This document shows positions 46,414 to 55,997 of a DNA stretch of 64,000 nt, one piece after another (the stretch's first letter is position 1; every line of letters starts with the position of its first letter). The notes under the pieces are model-generated. The model did no database searches and had not been told where the DNA came from. It saw only the letters and a program-made list of their open reading frames with translations. This stretch comes from an uncultured Gammaproteobacteria bacterium. Its GTDB lineage: Bacteria; Pseudomonadota; Gammaproteobacteria; Steroidobacterales; Steroidobacteraceae. A program made the translations under genes and the position numbers. The stretch is taken from assembly GCA_963728295.1 (NCBI GenBank), contig CAVSKB010000004.1:18963-82962 (forward strand), in the 5' to 3' direction.

Positions 46414-48656
46414 GCGCCCCATCGCTGGAATCCGCTACGGCCGGAAGCCGGCTCGAGCTTCTCCGGCAGCGGCTCGCCACGCTGCGCGGCATCGGGGAGG
46501 CGTACTACGACCATCGCGGCGAGCTGCGAAGCGTGAGCGTCGCGACGCGTGACGCGCTGCTCGCGGCGATGGGTTGCAACCTGAACGATGCGTTGGCGCT
46601 CGAGCGCGAAATCGGTGCTCTTGAGTCCGCGCGGTGGCGCACGCTCGTGCCGCCGGTCGCGGTGCTGCGGCCGTGCCGCATGGGTGTTGCGCTTGCGCTG
46701 CCGGTCGACGTCCTTGACAAGGATGTCGCCTGGCACGTTCGGCTCGAGAGCGGCGGCACGAGCGCGGGCACAGCTTCCGCGAACTCGCTCGCGGAGGGTG
46801 AGCGCTGCGAGATCGACGGCGGGATCGTGTCGCGACGGCTCCTGCTCCTCCCGGACATTCCCTGCGGGTATCACGAGCTGCGTGTCTCGGTCGACGCGGG
46901 TGCAGCGGCCCACTGCGCGCTGATCGTGGCACCGGAGCGCTGCTTCGAGCCCGGGGGCCTGCGGTCCGGGCAGCGGGCGTGGGGCCTCGCGGCCCAGCTC
47001 TACACGCTCCGCTCGGAGCGCAACTGGGGCATCGGGGATTTCGCCGACCTGCGAGAGCTCGTCGAGCATGCGGCGCGTTGCGGGGCCGACTTCGTGGGCA
47101 TCAACCCTCTGCACGCGCTCTTCGGAGCGCACCCCGCGCAGGCGAGTCCCTACAGCCCCTCCTCGCGCCAGTTTCTGAACGTCCTCTATATCTCGGTGCC
47201 CGAAGTGCCGGAGTACGCCGAAAGCGACGACCTGCGCCGGGAGATCGAGTCGGACGCCATGCAACGCGAACTCACCACGCTCCGCGCCGAGCCGCTCGTC
47301 GATTACCCGGGCGTGTCGCGCGTCAAGATGCGGGTGCTCGAGCGGCTGTACACCCATTTCCGCGATCGCCATCTGGCCACGGGCACCTCGCGGGCGCGCG
47401 CCTTTCGCGAGTATCGCCGCGCGCAGGGCGAGGCGCTCCGCCGCTTCGCGCTGCACGAAGCGATCGACCGGCACATTCGTGACGGTGACCCCGCGATCTG
47501 GGGCTGGCCGGCGTGGCCCGTCACGCTCCGTGATCCGGAGCACGCGGCGGTGATCGCCTTCGAGGCTGCGCATCCGGACGAGATCGCGTTTCACGAGTGG
47601 CTGCAATGGGTGGCTTCCGGGCAGCTGGCGGCGGCGCAGGCCCGCGCCCGCGAGCTCGGCATGGGCATTGGGCTCTATGGCGACTATGCGGTCGGCGTGA
47701 ACGTCGCGGGCGCGGAAACGTGGGCCAATCCGCTTGTCTACCGGACCGGCGCTGCGGTCGGCGCGCCACCCGACCCGCTGGCACTCAAGGGTCAGGACTG
47801 GGGTATCCCGCCCCAGGACCCGCATGCGCTCGCCGCGGAGCAATACCGACCATTCCGCGAGCTCATCGAGGCGAACATGCGTCACTACGGAGCGTTGCGT
47901 GTCGATCACGTCATGTCGCTCTTCCGGCAATGGTGGGTACCCGAAGGCGCAAGCGCGGTCGATGGCGGTTACGTCCACTATCCGCTCGATGACCTGATGT
48001 CCGTGCTCGCGCTCGAGAGCGTGCGCCAGCGCTGTCTCGTGATCGGCGAAGACCTCGGCACCGTGCCCGACGAGGTGCGCCATGCGATGGCGGCGTTCGG
48101 CGTGTACCACTACAAGGTGCTGCTCTTCGAGAAGGAGTCCGACGGAAGCTTCCGGGCGCCGGACCGCTATGCGCGCCCATCGATCGCCGCGGCGTCGACG
48201 CACGATCTGCCAACCCTGCGCGGTTACTGGGAGGGAGGCGACCTCGCGCTCCGCGACGGGCTCGAGCTCTATCCCGATGAGGGTACGCGGCGACGCGTCC
48301 ACGAGGAGCGGGCGCTCGACCGCGAGCGGCTTCAGGCGGCGCTCGCGGCGGCCGGCCTGGATCCGGCGCCGACATCGGAATCGGGAACGCGATTCGGCGC
48401 GACTCCCATCGTCGCCATGCAGTGTTTTCTCGCGAAGAGCACAGCCGCCCTCGTCGCGCTGCAGGTCGAAGACCTGCTCGGCATGAGCGAGCCGGTCAAC
48501 GTGCCGGGCACCCTCGATGAGTATCCCAACTGGCGGCGGAAGCTGACCGCGACCTTGGACGAGGTCTTCTCCGACGAGACGGTGCGAGATCTGATCCGCC
48601 GGATCCGCGAGCTGCGCCCCCCGAAATTCAGCTCAGGGCCGGATATTCCGGATTGA
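46410..48656 (+). CDS. malQ: 4-alpha-glucanotransferase (amylomaltase), long form
   Basis: The ATG at 46410 overlaps the glgX stop (ATGA). GH77 motifs are VDHVMSLFRQWWVP, LVIGEDLGTVPDEV and STHDLPTLRGYW. It forms the last 748 codons of ORF 44715..48656. Confidence 0.92.
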   Translation: MSAPSLESATAGSRLELLRQRLATLRGIGEAYYDHRGELRSVSVATRDALLAAMGCNLNDALALEREIGALESARWRTLVPPVAVLRPCRMGVALALPVDVLDKDVAWHVRLESGGTSAGTASANSLAEGERCEIDGGIVSRRLLLLPDIPCGYHELRVSVDAGAAAHCALIVAPERCFEPGGLRSGQRAWGLAAQLYTLRSERNWGIGDFADLRELVEHAARCGADFVGINPLHALFGAHPAQASPYSPSSRQFLNVLYISVPEVPEYAESDDLRREIESDAMQRELTTLRAEPLVDYPGVSRVKMRVLERLYTHFRDRHLATGTSRARAFREYRRAQGEALRRFALHEAIDRHIRDGDPAIWGWPAWPVTLRDPEHAAVIAFEAAHPDEIAFHEWLQWVASGQLAAAQARARELGMGIGLYGDYAVGVNVAGAETWANPLVYRTGAAVGAPPDPLALKGQDWGIPPQDPHALAAEQYRPFRELIEANMRHYGALRVDHVMSLFRQWWVPEGASAVDGGYVHYPLDDLMSVLALESVRQRCLVIGEDLGTVPDEVRHAMAAFGVYHYKVLLFEKESDGSFRAPDRYARPSIAAASTHDLPTLRGYWEGGDLALRDGLELYPDEGTRRRVHEERALDRERLQAALAAAGLDPAPTSESGTRFGATPIVAMQCFLAKSTAALVALQVEDLLGMSEPVNVPGTLDEYPNWRRKLTATLDEVFSDETVRDLIRRIRELRPPKFSSGPDIPD

Positions 48657-48679
48657 TCAGCTCCCAGCCGAATTTGTGC

Positions 48680-48713
48680 GGGGCCGGGTGTCCCTGCGGG
48701 GAGACCCGGCCCC
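48680..48713. terminator. GC-rich hairpin between convergent malQ and the surface-antigen gene (possible bidirectional terminator)
   Basis: GGGGCCGGGT (48680-48689), a 14-nt loop, then ACCCGGCCCC (48704-48713), giving a perfect 10-bp stem. The flanks are only weakly T/A-rich. Confidence 0.45.
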
Positions 48714-48725
48714 AGATCAGCTGTC

Positions 48726-49319
48726 TCAGCGGCGGCTGAGGGCTACGTCCGGAGCGAGCTGCCAGACCGCGTCGGCATCAGGGCAGGCCGTCGTCCGCCC
48801 CTCGCTCAGGCCGAAGTTGCCGTGCGCGACCAGTCGGAAGCGGCGGCAGCCGTCGGTGGAGAGCTTGCCGTCGGAAAGCGGCGTCAGCTGGTAGTTCACC
48901 TTCGTTGCGGGGTTGCTCCACGCAACCGTCTGACCGTAACTGGCCAGCTCGAGTGCATGACCCACGCAGGAGCGATCGGTGCGATCCATCCGGCGGCCGA
49001 TCTCCGAGCCGATCGCCGCGCCGATCACCGTCCCGACCACCACGGCGACCAGCCGATCGTCGTCATCGGCGACGTCCGCGCCGATCACACCGCCGGCGAC
49101 GCCGCCCAGCACCGCACCGATCTCGGCACGATCGCAGCGACCGAGGCGTACGCCGTAATCGCGCTGCCAGTTGCGCCCGCTGTACCCGGCATAGGTCGGG
49201 TCGTGTTTCTTCCGCCAGCCATGTGCCGGGGCGTGCGCAGGGGGCACCGCCAGCGCGGCGCAAGGCAGCGCCAGGGCCGTGGTAAGCAACAGGTGGCGCA
49301 ATGTCGTCGAAACGTTCAT
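48726..49319 (-). CDS. Glycine-zipper / 17-kDa-surface-antigen-like outer-membrane lipoprotein-type protein
   Basis: 197-aa ORF with a signal peptide and glycine zippers GAVLGGVAGGVIGA and VVGTVIGAAIGSEIG. The C-terminal domain has conserved Cys residues. Confidence 0.6.
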   Translation of the reverse strand: MNVSTTLRHLLLTTALALPCAALAVPPAHAPAHGWRKKHDPTYAGYSGRNWQRDYGVRLGRCDRAEIGAVLGGVAGGVIGADVADDDDRLVAVVVGTVIGAAIGSEIGRRMDRTDRSCVGHALELASYGQTVAWSNPATKVNYQLTPLSDGKLSTDGCRRFRLVAHGNFGLSEGRTTACPDADAVWQLAPDVALSRR

Positions 49320-49484
49320 ACGCTACTCCTCGGATCCGTCCATCACGGTTCCGGGACGACACGCTAACGGTCGCCGGTCGCTGCGTCCCGAGGCGAGATC
49401 GGAGCCGTGATACGGGTCACGAACGTGAGCGCCGCTTAAGTCAAAGACCTAAGCTAACGTCGGCGAGCAACACGGAGGTGAGCC

Positions 49485-50348
49485 ATGGAAGCCAGGACAG
49501 CAGCGGCCGGCACCGTAAGAATCGGAGGCGACCTGTCAGTGCATCGGCTGGGATTCGGCGCGATGAGGATCACCGGGCCGGACATCTGGGGACCGCCGCG
49601 CGACCCGGCGGAGGCACGCCGCGTGCTCAAGCGCGCCGTCGCAATGGGTGTCAACTTCATCGATACCGCCGACTCCTACGGTCCGGGCACGAGCGAGGAG
49701 CTCATCGCCGAGGCTCTGCATCCGTACCCGCCCGGCCTCGTCATCGCGACCAAGGGTGGGATCGTTCGACCGATGCCCGCGCGCTGGGATCCCGACTGTC
49801 GGCCCGAGCATCTGCGCGCGGCCTGCGAGTCGAGCCTGCGGCGCCTGCGGCTGGAGCGAATCGATCTGTACCAGCTGCACACTATCGACCCACGAGTGCG
49901 GCTCGAGGACTCGATCGGCGAGCTCGTGCGTCTGCAGTCCGAGGGGAAGATCCGTCACATCGGCGTGTCGAACGTGCGCGTGGCGGAGCTCACCCGGGCA
50001 CGCCGGCTGGTGAACATCGTGTCGGTGCAGAACCGCTACAACGTCGCCGACCGGACTTCGGATCCGGTGCTCAAGGCCTGCGAACGCGACGGTCTCGTCT
50101 TCATCCCCTGGCGTCCGCTCGCCCAGGGCGCCGGCGACATGATCTCGACCGGCGGCCCCATGGTCGCGCTCGCCCAGCTGGCGAGCCGGCGGGGACTGTC
50201 GATGCAGCAGGCCGCGATCGCCTGGTTGCTCGCGCGGTCGCCTGGCATGCTGCCGATTCCAGGCACGTCAAAACTCGACCACCTCGAGGCGAACGTCGCC
50301 GCCGGCGAGATCACGCTCACGCCCGAAGAGATACGCGCGATCGGTTGA
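49485..50348 (+). CDS. Aldo/keto reductase
   Basis: 287-aa ORF with GVNFIDTADSYG, RIDLYQLH, IRHIGVSN and IPGTSKLDHLEAN. Confidence 0.88.
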   Translation: MEARTAAAGTVRIGGDLSVHRLGFGAMRITGPDIWGPPRDPAEARRVLKRAVAMGVNFIDTADSYGPGTSEELIAEALHPYPPGLVIATKGGIVRPMPARWDPDCRPEHLRAACESSLRRLRLERIDLYQLHTIDPRVRLEDSIGELVRLQSEGKIRHIGVSNVRVAELTRARRLVNIVSVQNRYNVADRTSDPVLKACERDGLVFIPWRPLAQGAGDMISTGGPMVALAQLASRRGLSMQQAAIAWLLARSPGMLPIPGTSKLDHLEANVAAGEITLTPEEIRAIG

Positions 50349-50366
50349 CGCGCGGGAGCAGCTGGA

Positions 50367-51233
50367 ATGTCGGCAGGCCGTGACTTCCAAGCGCGTTACG
50401 GGCCCTGGGCCCTGATCGCCGGCGGTTCCGAGGGGATCGGGCGGAGTTTTGCGATCCAGCTCGCCGAGCGGGGGCTGGATCTGCTGCTCGTCGCGCGCCG
50501 CGACGGCCCACTCGAGGAGACGGCAGCCGAGATCCGCGAACGCTTCGGCGTCCAGGTCGTGACGCAGGCGCTCGACCTCACCGCGCCCCATCTCGAAGAC
50601 GCCATCGCGCCACTGGTGGCTGCCCGTGAAGTTGGCTTGCTCGTATGCAACGCCGGCGCGGCGCATGGAGCGGCGATGCTGCTCGACCGGCCCGTCGATG
50701 CCGCGCTCGCGATGGTGCGGCTCAACTGCGCGGCACCGCTCGTGCTTTCGCATGCGCTCGGTGTGCCGATGCGGGCACGGGGTCGGGGCGGCGTGATCCT
50801 CGTGTCGTCGATGGCCGGGCTCGCCGGCGGCGCCTTCATCGCAGCCTATGCGGCGAGCAAGGCCTTTGAGATCTCACTCGCCGAATCGTTGTGGTACGAG
50901 TTCGGCACGGCCGGGGTGGACGTGCTCGGTCTGATCGCAGGCGCCACCAGCACGCCGGCCATGCTGCGCTCCGGAATGAAATTCGGAACCGCCGATGGCG
51001 ATGCGGCTCGCGCCACCTCCGGACCGGCGACCAGCACGATGGCGATGGAGCCCGACGAGGTCGCACGCGAGGCGCTCGAGAATCTCGGGCGGGGGCCTGT
51101 CCACATCGCCGGCGACGCGAACCGGCAGGCAGCGAGCGGATTGCGCAGCGCGCCGCGTGATCAGGTGGTCGCGGCGATGAGCGCGGCCGTTGCGGAGATG
51201 TACGGAATACCGCTCCCGCCACGGATACCATAG
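50367..51233 (+). CDS. Short-chain dehydrogenase/reductase (SDR)
   Basis: 288-aa ORF with the cofactor loop IAGGSEGIGRS and catalytic YAASKAF. Confidence 0.85.
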   Translation: MSAGRDFQARYGPWALIAGGSEGIGRSFAIQLAERGLDLLLVARRDGPLEETAAEIRERFGVQVVTQALDLTAPHLEDAIAPLVAAREVGLLVCNAGAAHGAAMLLDRPVDAALAMVRLNCAAPLVLSHALGVPMRARGRGGVILVSSMAGLAGGAFIAAYAASKAFEISLAESLWYEFGTAGVDVLGLIAGATSTPAMLRSGMKFGTADGDAARATSGPATSTMAMEPDEVAREALENLGRGPVHIAGDANRQAASGLRSAPRDQVVAAMSAAVAEMYGIPLPPRIP

Positions 51234-51238
51234 CGGCG

Positions 51239-52228
51239 ATGGCCCAGTGGTCGCACCGCTACGCGCGGATAAACGGCATCCGCATGCATTTCGTCGAGCA
51301 GGGCGCCGGCACCCCGGTGATCCTCTGCCACGGATTCCCCCATTTCTGGTTCAGCTGGAGGCACCAGATCCCGGTCATCGCGCAGGCAGGCTGGCGCGTG
51401 ATCGCGCCGGACCTGCGCGGCATGGGCCAGACGGACGCCCCTGCGGAGGTCGCCGCCTACGACGTCCCGCACATTACCGGCGACCTGCTCGGGCTGCTGG
51501 ACGCAATCGGCGAGGAGCGCGCGGTCTTCGTGGGGCTCGATTTCGGCGCGTTCGCCGTCTACGACCTGGCGTTCCGCGCGCCGGAGCGCGTGATCGCGGT
51601 CATCGGTCTCGAGAACCCGGCCGCTCCGCACAACCCCGCGATGCCGCCGCTCGCCGAGTATGCGGAGATGGCGAAGCAGCATTTCGTGCACATCCATTAT
51701 TTCGCACCCTGCGGTCCGGCAGATATCGCTCTCGATGCGGCGCCACGTGAATTCCTGAGCAAGGTCTTCTACGCGCTCTCGGGCGACTACCACTACCTGG
51801 ACGTATGGAAGCATCCGCCGGGCACCACCTATCTCGACGCGCTGCCCGAGCCGCCGCCGCTGCCGTGGAGCTGGCTTACCGAGCTCGAACTCGAGTTCTA
51901 CGTCTCCGAGTACGCGCGCAGCGGCTTTACAGGCGGGCTGAACTATTACCGGTCGATGGATCTCAAGTGGGCAAGCCGGAAGCCATTCGAGGGCTTGACC
52001 TCATCGGTGCCGGCCTTCTTCATCGGCAGCGAGCGCGACTGCGATCTCGAAGGGTTTCACGGACACGACCCGATCTCGCTCTTCCGTGCGCAGTTCCCGG
52101 ATCTGCGCCGTGTCGAGATGATCGCGGGCGCCGGTCACCTGATGCAGATGGAGCGTCCACGCGAAGTCAACGCGTTGCTGCTCGAGTACCTGAGTGCGAT
52201 CAGAGAGGACCGGCACCGAGGACGCTGA
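51239..52228 (+). CDS. Alpha/beta hydrolase, epoxide-hydrolase-like
   Basis: 329-aa ORF with CHGFPHFWFSWRHQIP, APDLRGMGQTD and a GLDFGA nucleophile elbow with Asp. Confidence 0.8.
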   Translation: MAQWSHRYARINGIRMHFVEQGAGTPVILCHGFPHFWFSWRHQIPVIAQAGWRVIAPDLRGMGQTDAPAEVAAYDVPHITGDLLGLLDAIGEERAVFVGLDFGAFAVYDLAFRAPERVIAVIGLENPAAPHNPAMPPLAEYAEMAKQHFVHIHYFAPCGPADIALDAAPREFLSKVFYALSGDYHYLDVWKHPPGTTYLDALPEPPPLPWSWLTELELEFYVSEYARSGFTGGLNYYRSMDLKWASRKPFEGLTSSVPAFFIGSERDCDLEGFHGHDPISLFRAQFPDLRRVEMIAGAGHLMQMERPREVNALLLEYLSAIREDRHRGR

Positions 52229-52270
52229 TGTCGCCCAGGTGCGCGCGGCAACAACTCGGGACTTGATCCG

Positions 52271-53509
52271 TCACGAGGCTGCCGGCTGGGCATTGAGTTC
52301 CGCGTCGCCCGGGTCGTGCAGCACGCACGAGGTGCCGCCCGGCGTGTACATCATGGCCACGCAGCGGTTGCAGGAGATGCACTCCGAGCGCGTTGCGGTG
52401 CCGCTTGCAAAACGGCGTGGCAGATCCGGCTCGCAGATGAGCGCCCGGCCGAGCGCGACCGCGTCGAAGCCCTCGCCCAGGACCTGCTGCACGCTGGCGA
52501 GCGACTTGATGCCGCCGAGATAGGCGAGCGGCATCTTCACGGCAGCGCGCACCCTGCGTGAGTGCTCGAGCAGGTACATCTCGTGGAACTCGACGTTGCG
52601 CGGCTCGGTGAGCCGCTGGACGAACATCGCAGCTGCGACGATCGCGTTCGGTGGGCGCGCTCTGTTCTCCTTCGGGAAGGACGAGCCGAACATGGTCGTG
52701 ATCGACTCGACGTTCATGCCGGCGCTCAAGACCAGCAGGTGCGCGCCCTCGGCTTCGAGCGCGCGCGCCACGATGGCGCCGTCGTCGGCTGTGTTTCCGC
52801 GTCGCACGCCGTCGGTCACGCTGATCTTGCAGACGACCGCGACGTCCCGCCCTACAGCATCCAGCACCCGACGCAGCACCTGCGACGGATAACGTGCGCG
52901 GTTCGCCGTGCTGCCGCCGTAGCCGTCGCGACGCCTGTTGTAGAGCGGCGAGATGAACTGGCTCAGCAGGTAGCCGTGACCCATGTGGATCTCGACCGCA
53001 TCGAAACCAGCCTCGCGCGCGAGCCGCGCGGCGCGGACGAACTCGCCGGCAACGCGGTCCATGTCCTCGCCGGTCATCTCTCGACGCAGCAGCTGGCCGC
53101 TCATGATCCCGACCTTGTTGAATCCGCCGCTCGAAGAGAGCGGGCGCCCGCTCTCGAGATCCTCGATGAATGTGAAGCAGCCGCCGTGCGTGATCTGCGC
53201 GCAGGCCGCGGCGCCATGCCGATGGACCGCCTCGGTCAGGACCTTGAGATGCGGCACGGCCGCCGCGTCGAGCGTCACCTGGTCGACAAAGGTTCGCCCG
53301 TCGGGGCTGACCGCGCAGTAGGCGACCGTGGTCATCGCGTTGCCGCCGGCGGCCATCGATTCGTGGAACTGCACGAGCGCCTTCGTGGGCGTTCCGCCGC
53401 GCGCGCGTCCCTCGTTCGTGGCGGACTTTATGAAGCGATTGCGCAGGGTCAGCGGTCCCAGCTTGAGCGGGCTGAAGGGCGAGACCGGTGATGTAACCTG
53501 TTCGATCAT
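52271..53509 (-). CDS. Old-yellow-enzyme-family NADH:flavin oxidoreductase with a C-terminal Fe-S cysteine motif
   Basis: 412-aa ORF with VEIHMGHGYLLSQFISP and RRRDGYGG. It carries CISCNRCVAMMYTPGGTSC (C-x2-C-x2-C-x11-C) at 52325-52381. Confidence 0.85.
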   Translation of the reverse strand: MIEQVTSPVSPFSPLKLGPLTLRNRFIKSATNEGRARGGTPTKALVQFHESMAAGGNAMTTVAYCAVSPDGRTFVDQVTLDAAAVPHLKVLTEAVHRHGAAACAQITHGGCFTFIEDLESGRPLSSSGGFNKVGIMSGQLLRREMTGEDMDRVAGEFVRAARLAREAGFDAVEIHMGHGYLLSQFISPLYNRRRDGYGGSTANRARYPSQVLRRVLDAVGRDVAVVCKISVTDGVRRGNTADDGAIVARALEAEGAHLLVLSAGMNVESITTMFGSSFPKENRARPPNAIVAAAMFVQRLTEPRNVEFHEMYLLEHSRRVRAAVKMPLAYLGGIKSLASVQQVLGEGFDAVALGRALICEPDLPRRFASGTATRSECISCNRCVAMMYTPGGTSCVLHDPGDAELNAQPAAS

Positions 53510-53521
53510 CGGACAGCCCCC

Positions 53522-54779
53522 TCAGGCTTGCGCGACTGCTGGTGCCAGCCGTTGTGCCGTCTCGACGCGATGCACGTAGAAAAGGAGCGCGACGGCGCCG
53601 GCAAACAACGCTGCGAACACGAGGAACACTGAGCGGTAGGAACCCGTGAGGTCGAACAGCCAGCCGGCGGCGATGGGCATCAGTAGCCCGAACGGCATGG
53701 CGCTCAATGAATAGAGACCCATGACACGCGGAAAGGAACGCGAGCTGAAGAGGTTGCCGAACAGTGCCGCGACGACCGGAATAACGGCCGACATGCAGAG
53801 TCCGAAACCCGCGGTCACGAGTGCGAGCGCGAAGTATCCGCCGCCGCTCAGCAGCGCGGGCCACAGCAGCGCGAGCGCGAGGCACATCAGTCCCAGCGTG
53901 CGTGCGCCGCCGATCCTGTCGGCGAGCAGGCCGAAGAACACACCGCCGGCCATGCCCGCCCCGCCCATGACCGTGAGCAGGAATGCCGCGCTTTGCAGGC
54001 TGTACCCGGCGCCGGTGGCAAACGGGACCAGGTGCGTGCTGATCGTCACACCCGTGCCGGCGACGATCCCTCCGCAGTAGGTGGTCGCCCAGAAGGCGGG
54101 TTCGCGCATCGGATGCGCGGTGTCGTTGCCGTCGCCCGCCTGGGCGACGGCAGGTGTGGGCGCAGCGCTGTCCGCCCCCAGCGCCGACTGGCCGACGTCG
54201 CCGGGCCGGTCGACGATCAGCCGTGTGAGCGGCAGCAGCAGCAGGACCACGACGGCCAGTCCGACGGATGTCGGCCGCCATCCGAAGCTGGTGATCGCCG
54301 CGGCCGCCAACGGCGGCATTGCCATCACCAGGAAGGGGATCATGACCAGGCCCGTGGCCTTGCCGCGCTGTTCGACGAACCAGTTGTTGATCAGGGTCGT
54401 CGGCGGCACGATCACCAGGCACGCGGCGGCCACGCCGCCCAGCAAGCCGAAGATCGCCACGAACTGCCACGCGCTTGCAGCCATGCTCGCAAGCACGAAC
54501 ATCAGCGCCAGCGCCACCAACCCGATCGACATGACGCGCCGTATCGACCAGCGCCCGATTGCGCGACCTATCGCCGGGTGCGAGCAGTCCCATGAACGTG
54601 ACCACGAGCGCCAGTCCGCCCGAGAGCAACGACCGCGAGGCAGCGAACTCACCGGATATTCCGGCGACGAACGGCCCGTAGGTCCCGAACGTGAGCCCCA
54701 GCACGAGGTTCGTGCACAGGAAGGCAAGTGCCACCATCCGCCAGCCGAGAAATCGTCCGGGCGACGTCGAGGATTTCAA
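53522..54779 (-). CDS. MFS transporter; frame broken at about 54577 as written
   Basis: TTG start at 54779. MKSSTSPGRFLGWRMVALAFLCTNLVLGLTFG...VTFMGLLAP is in ORF 52200..54779. AIGRAIGRWSIRRVMSIGLV and ten further TM segments follow in ORF 53522..54727. The span is 3n+1. Confidence 0.8.
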
Positions 54780-55997
54780 TCGGTGATCTCGCCGCTCAGG
54801 ATCGCGGTATCGGGCGTGAGCGCCGCCCAGCCGTCGTGCGCGAGCGTCACGACCGGCAACCTGTGCAGCGTGACCGGCGGTGGATCACCCTCCGTCTTGA
54901 TGAGCCGCAGACTCATGCCGCCATGTGCGTGTCCGCAGGGATCGATCCAGTTCCCGCCGAGACCAGGATCCGCGTCCGCGATGACGATGCGGATCGAACC
55001 GTCCGCCTCATACGCAGCGCGGTACTTGGTCACGTAACCCTGGCCCTCCTCGTAGCAGTCGAGGTTCTCCTGCCAGATGTTGCAGAGCTGGAAAATCCAG
55101 TAGTCGCAGGGCGTGGGCCGGAAGCTGATCACCAGCGCCTCGTCCGACGTCTTTTCCCAGGTGCCGAAGCCGTGGTGCCGGTCGGGGACGCCGCCGTTGC
55201 TGAGATACACCGCGCGACTGAAACGGATGCGGTTAGGGCGCTTGCCCTAGGTTGTCCTGCCACCAGCGCCGAACGAGCTCCGCGTACCCGAGCACCATCT
55301 GCGCCGACTTGGCGAGCCCATCGCTCACCTCCGCGGGACGGATCGGGCGCGGCGCCGCGCCATCTAGGCGCGCGATATGCATGACGGGGGGAAGGGTCTC
55401 CTCTCGACGGTGATGCACCACGCGCACCAGGAGGCCGACGCAGTCGGGCGTGATCGGAAGCCAGTCGGCGTCACCGGCGGCCCGCTCCCGGCTCACGATC
55501 ACCTCGAAGCGGCCGTCCGGGTCGAAGCGGATATCGTCGCTGGTGAGAAAACCGGTGGTGCGCAGCGTCGCCGGATCGAACTCCGCGAGCCCCTCGACGC
55601 CGCGCGGTGCCCAGTCGCGCGCGCCCGGATCGGCGGGCTGCTTCGCCGTCCATGCCGCCATCACGAAGTAGGGGACGTTTCCGCGGACGCCCGTGATCCG
55701 GTAGTCGAACCGCCCGTCGACGAACTCGGCGAGCAGGTGATCCTGGTCGGGCGACTGGAAATTGATGCCCTGGCGCCAGGGTGCGTCGCGCAGCCGCGGG
55801 CGCTCGGGCTCGCAGTTCTCCATGTAGCGCTCGAAGCCGTTGCGCATCAGCCGCGTCAGGAACCGGTACCACTCGGCGCGGTCGAGGTCGTCCACCTCGT
55901 CACCGAATCGTTCGATCAGGTGACCGGCGCGGCGCACGGACTCACAGAAATCGTCCCAGGCGCGTCCGGACGCGAGTCGCTTCTGGGCAGGGCTCAT
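54776..55997 (-). CDS. Conserved hypothetical protein, DUF1214-like; frame broken at about 55246 as written
   Basis: The ATG at 55997 overlaps the sulfotransferase stop (ATGA). MSPAQKRL...RRWWQDNLG lies in the frame of ORF 55233..57260. KRPNRIRFSRAVYLSNGGVPDRHHG...CDYWIFQLCNIWQ...GGNWIDP follows in ORF 54776..55210. The family call rests on remembered motif patterns only. Confidence 0.5.

Noticed and set aside
44715-48656. 1313-aa plus-strand ORF that looks like a giant gene.
   Set aside because: Only the last 748 codons (from ATG 46410) are MalQ. The first roughly 565 codons are glgX read out of frame (Arg/Pro/Gly-rich nonsense), while glgX itself is intact in its own frame.
52200-54779. 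859-aa minus-strand ORF spanning the MFS and OYE genes.
   Set aside because: Only the first roughly 65 codons are real, forming the MFS N-terminus. After the indel at about 54577 the frame runs as Arg-rich nonsense across two genes that read cleanly in other frames.
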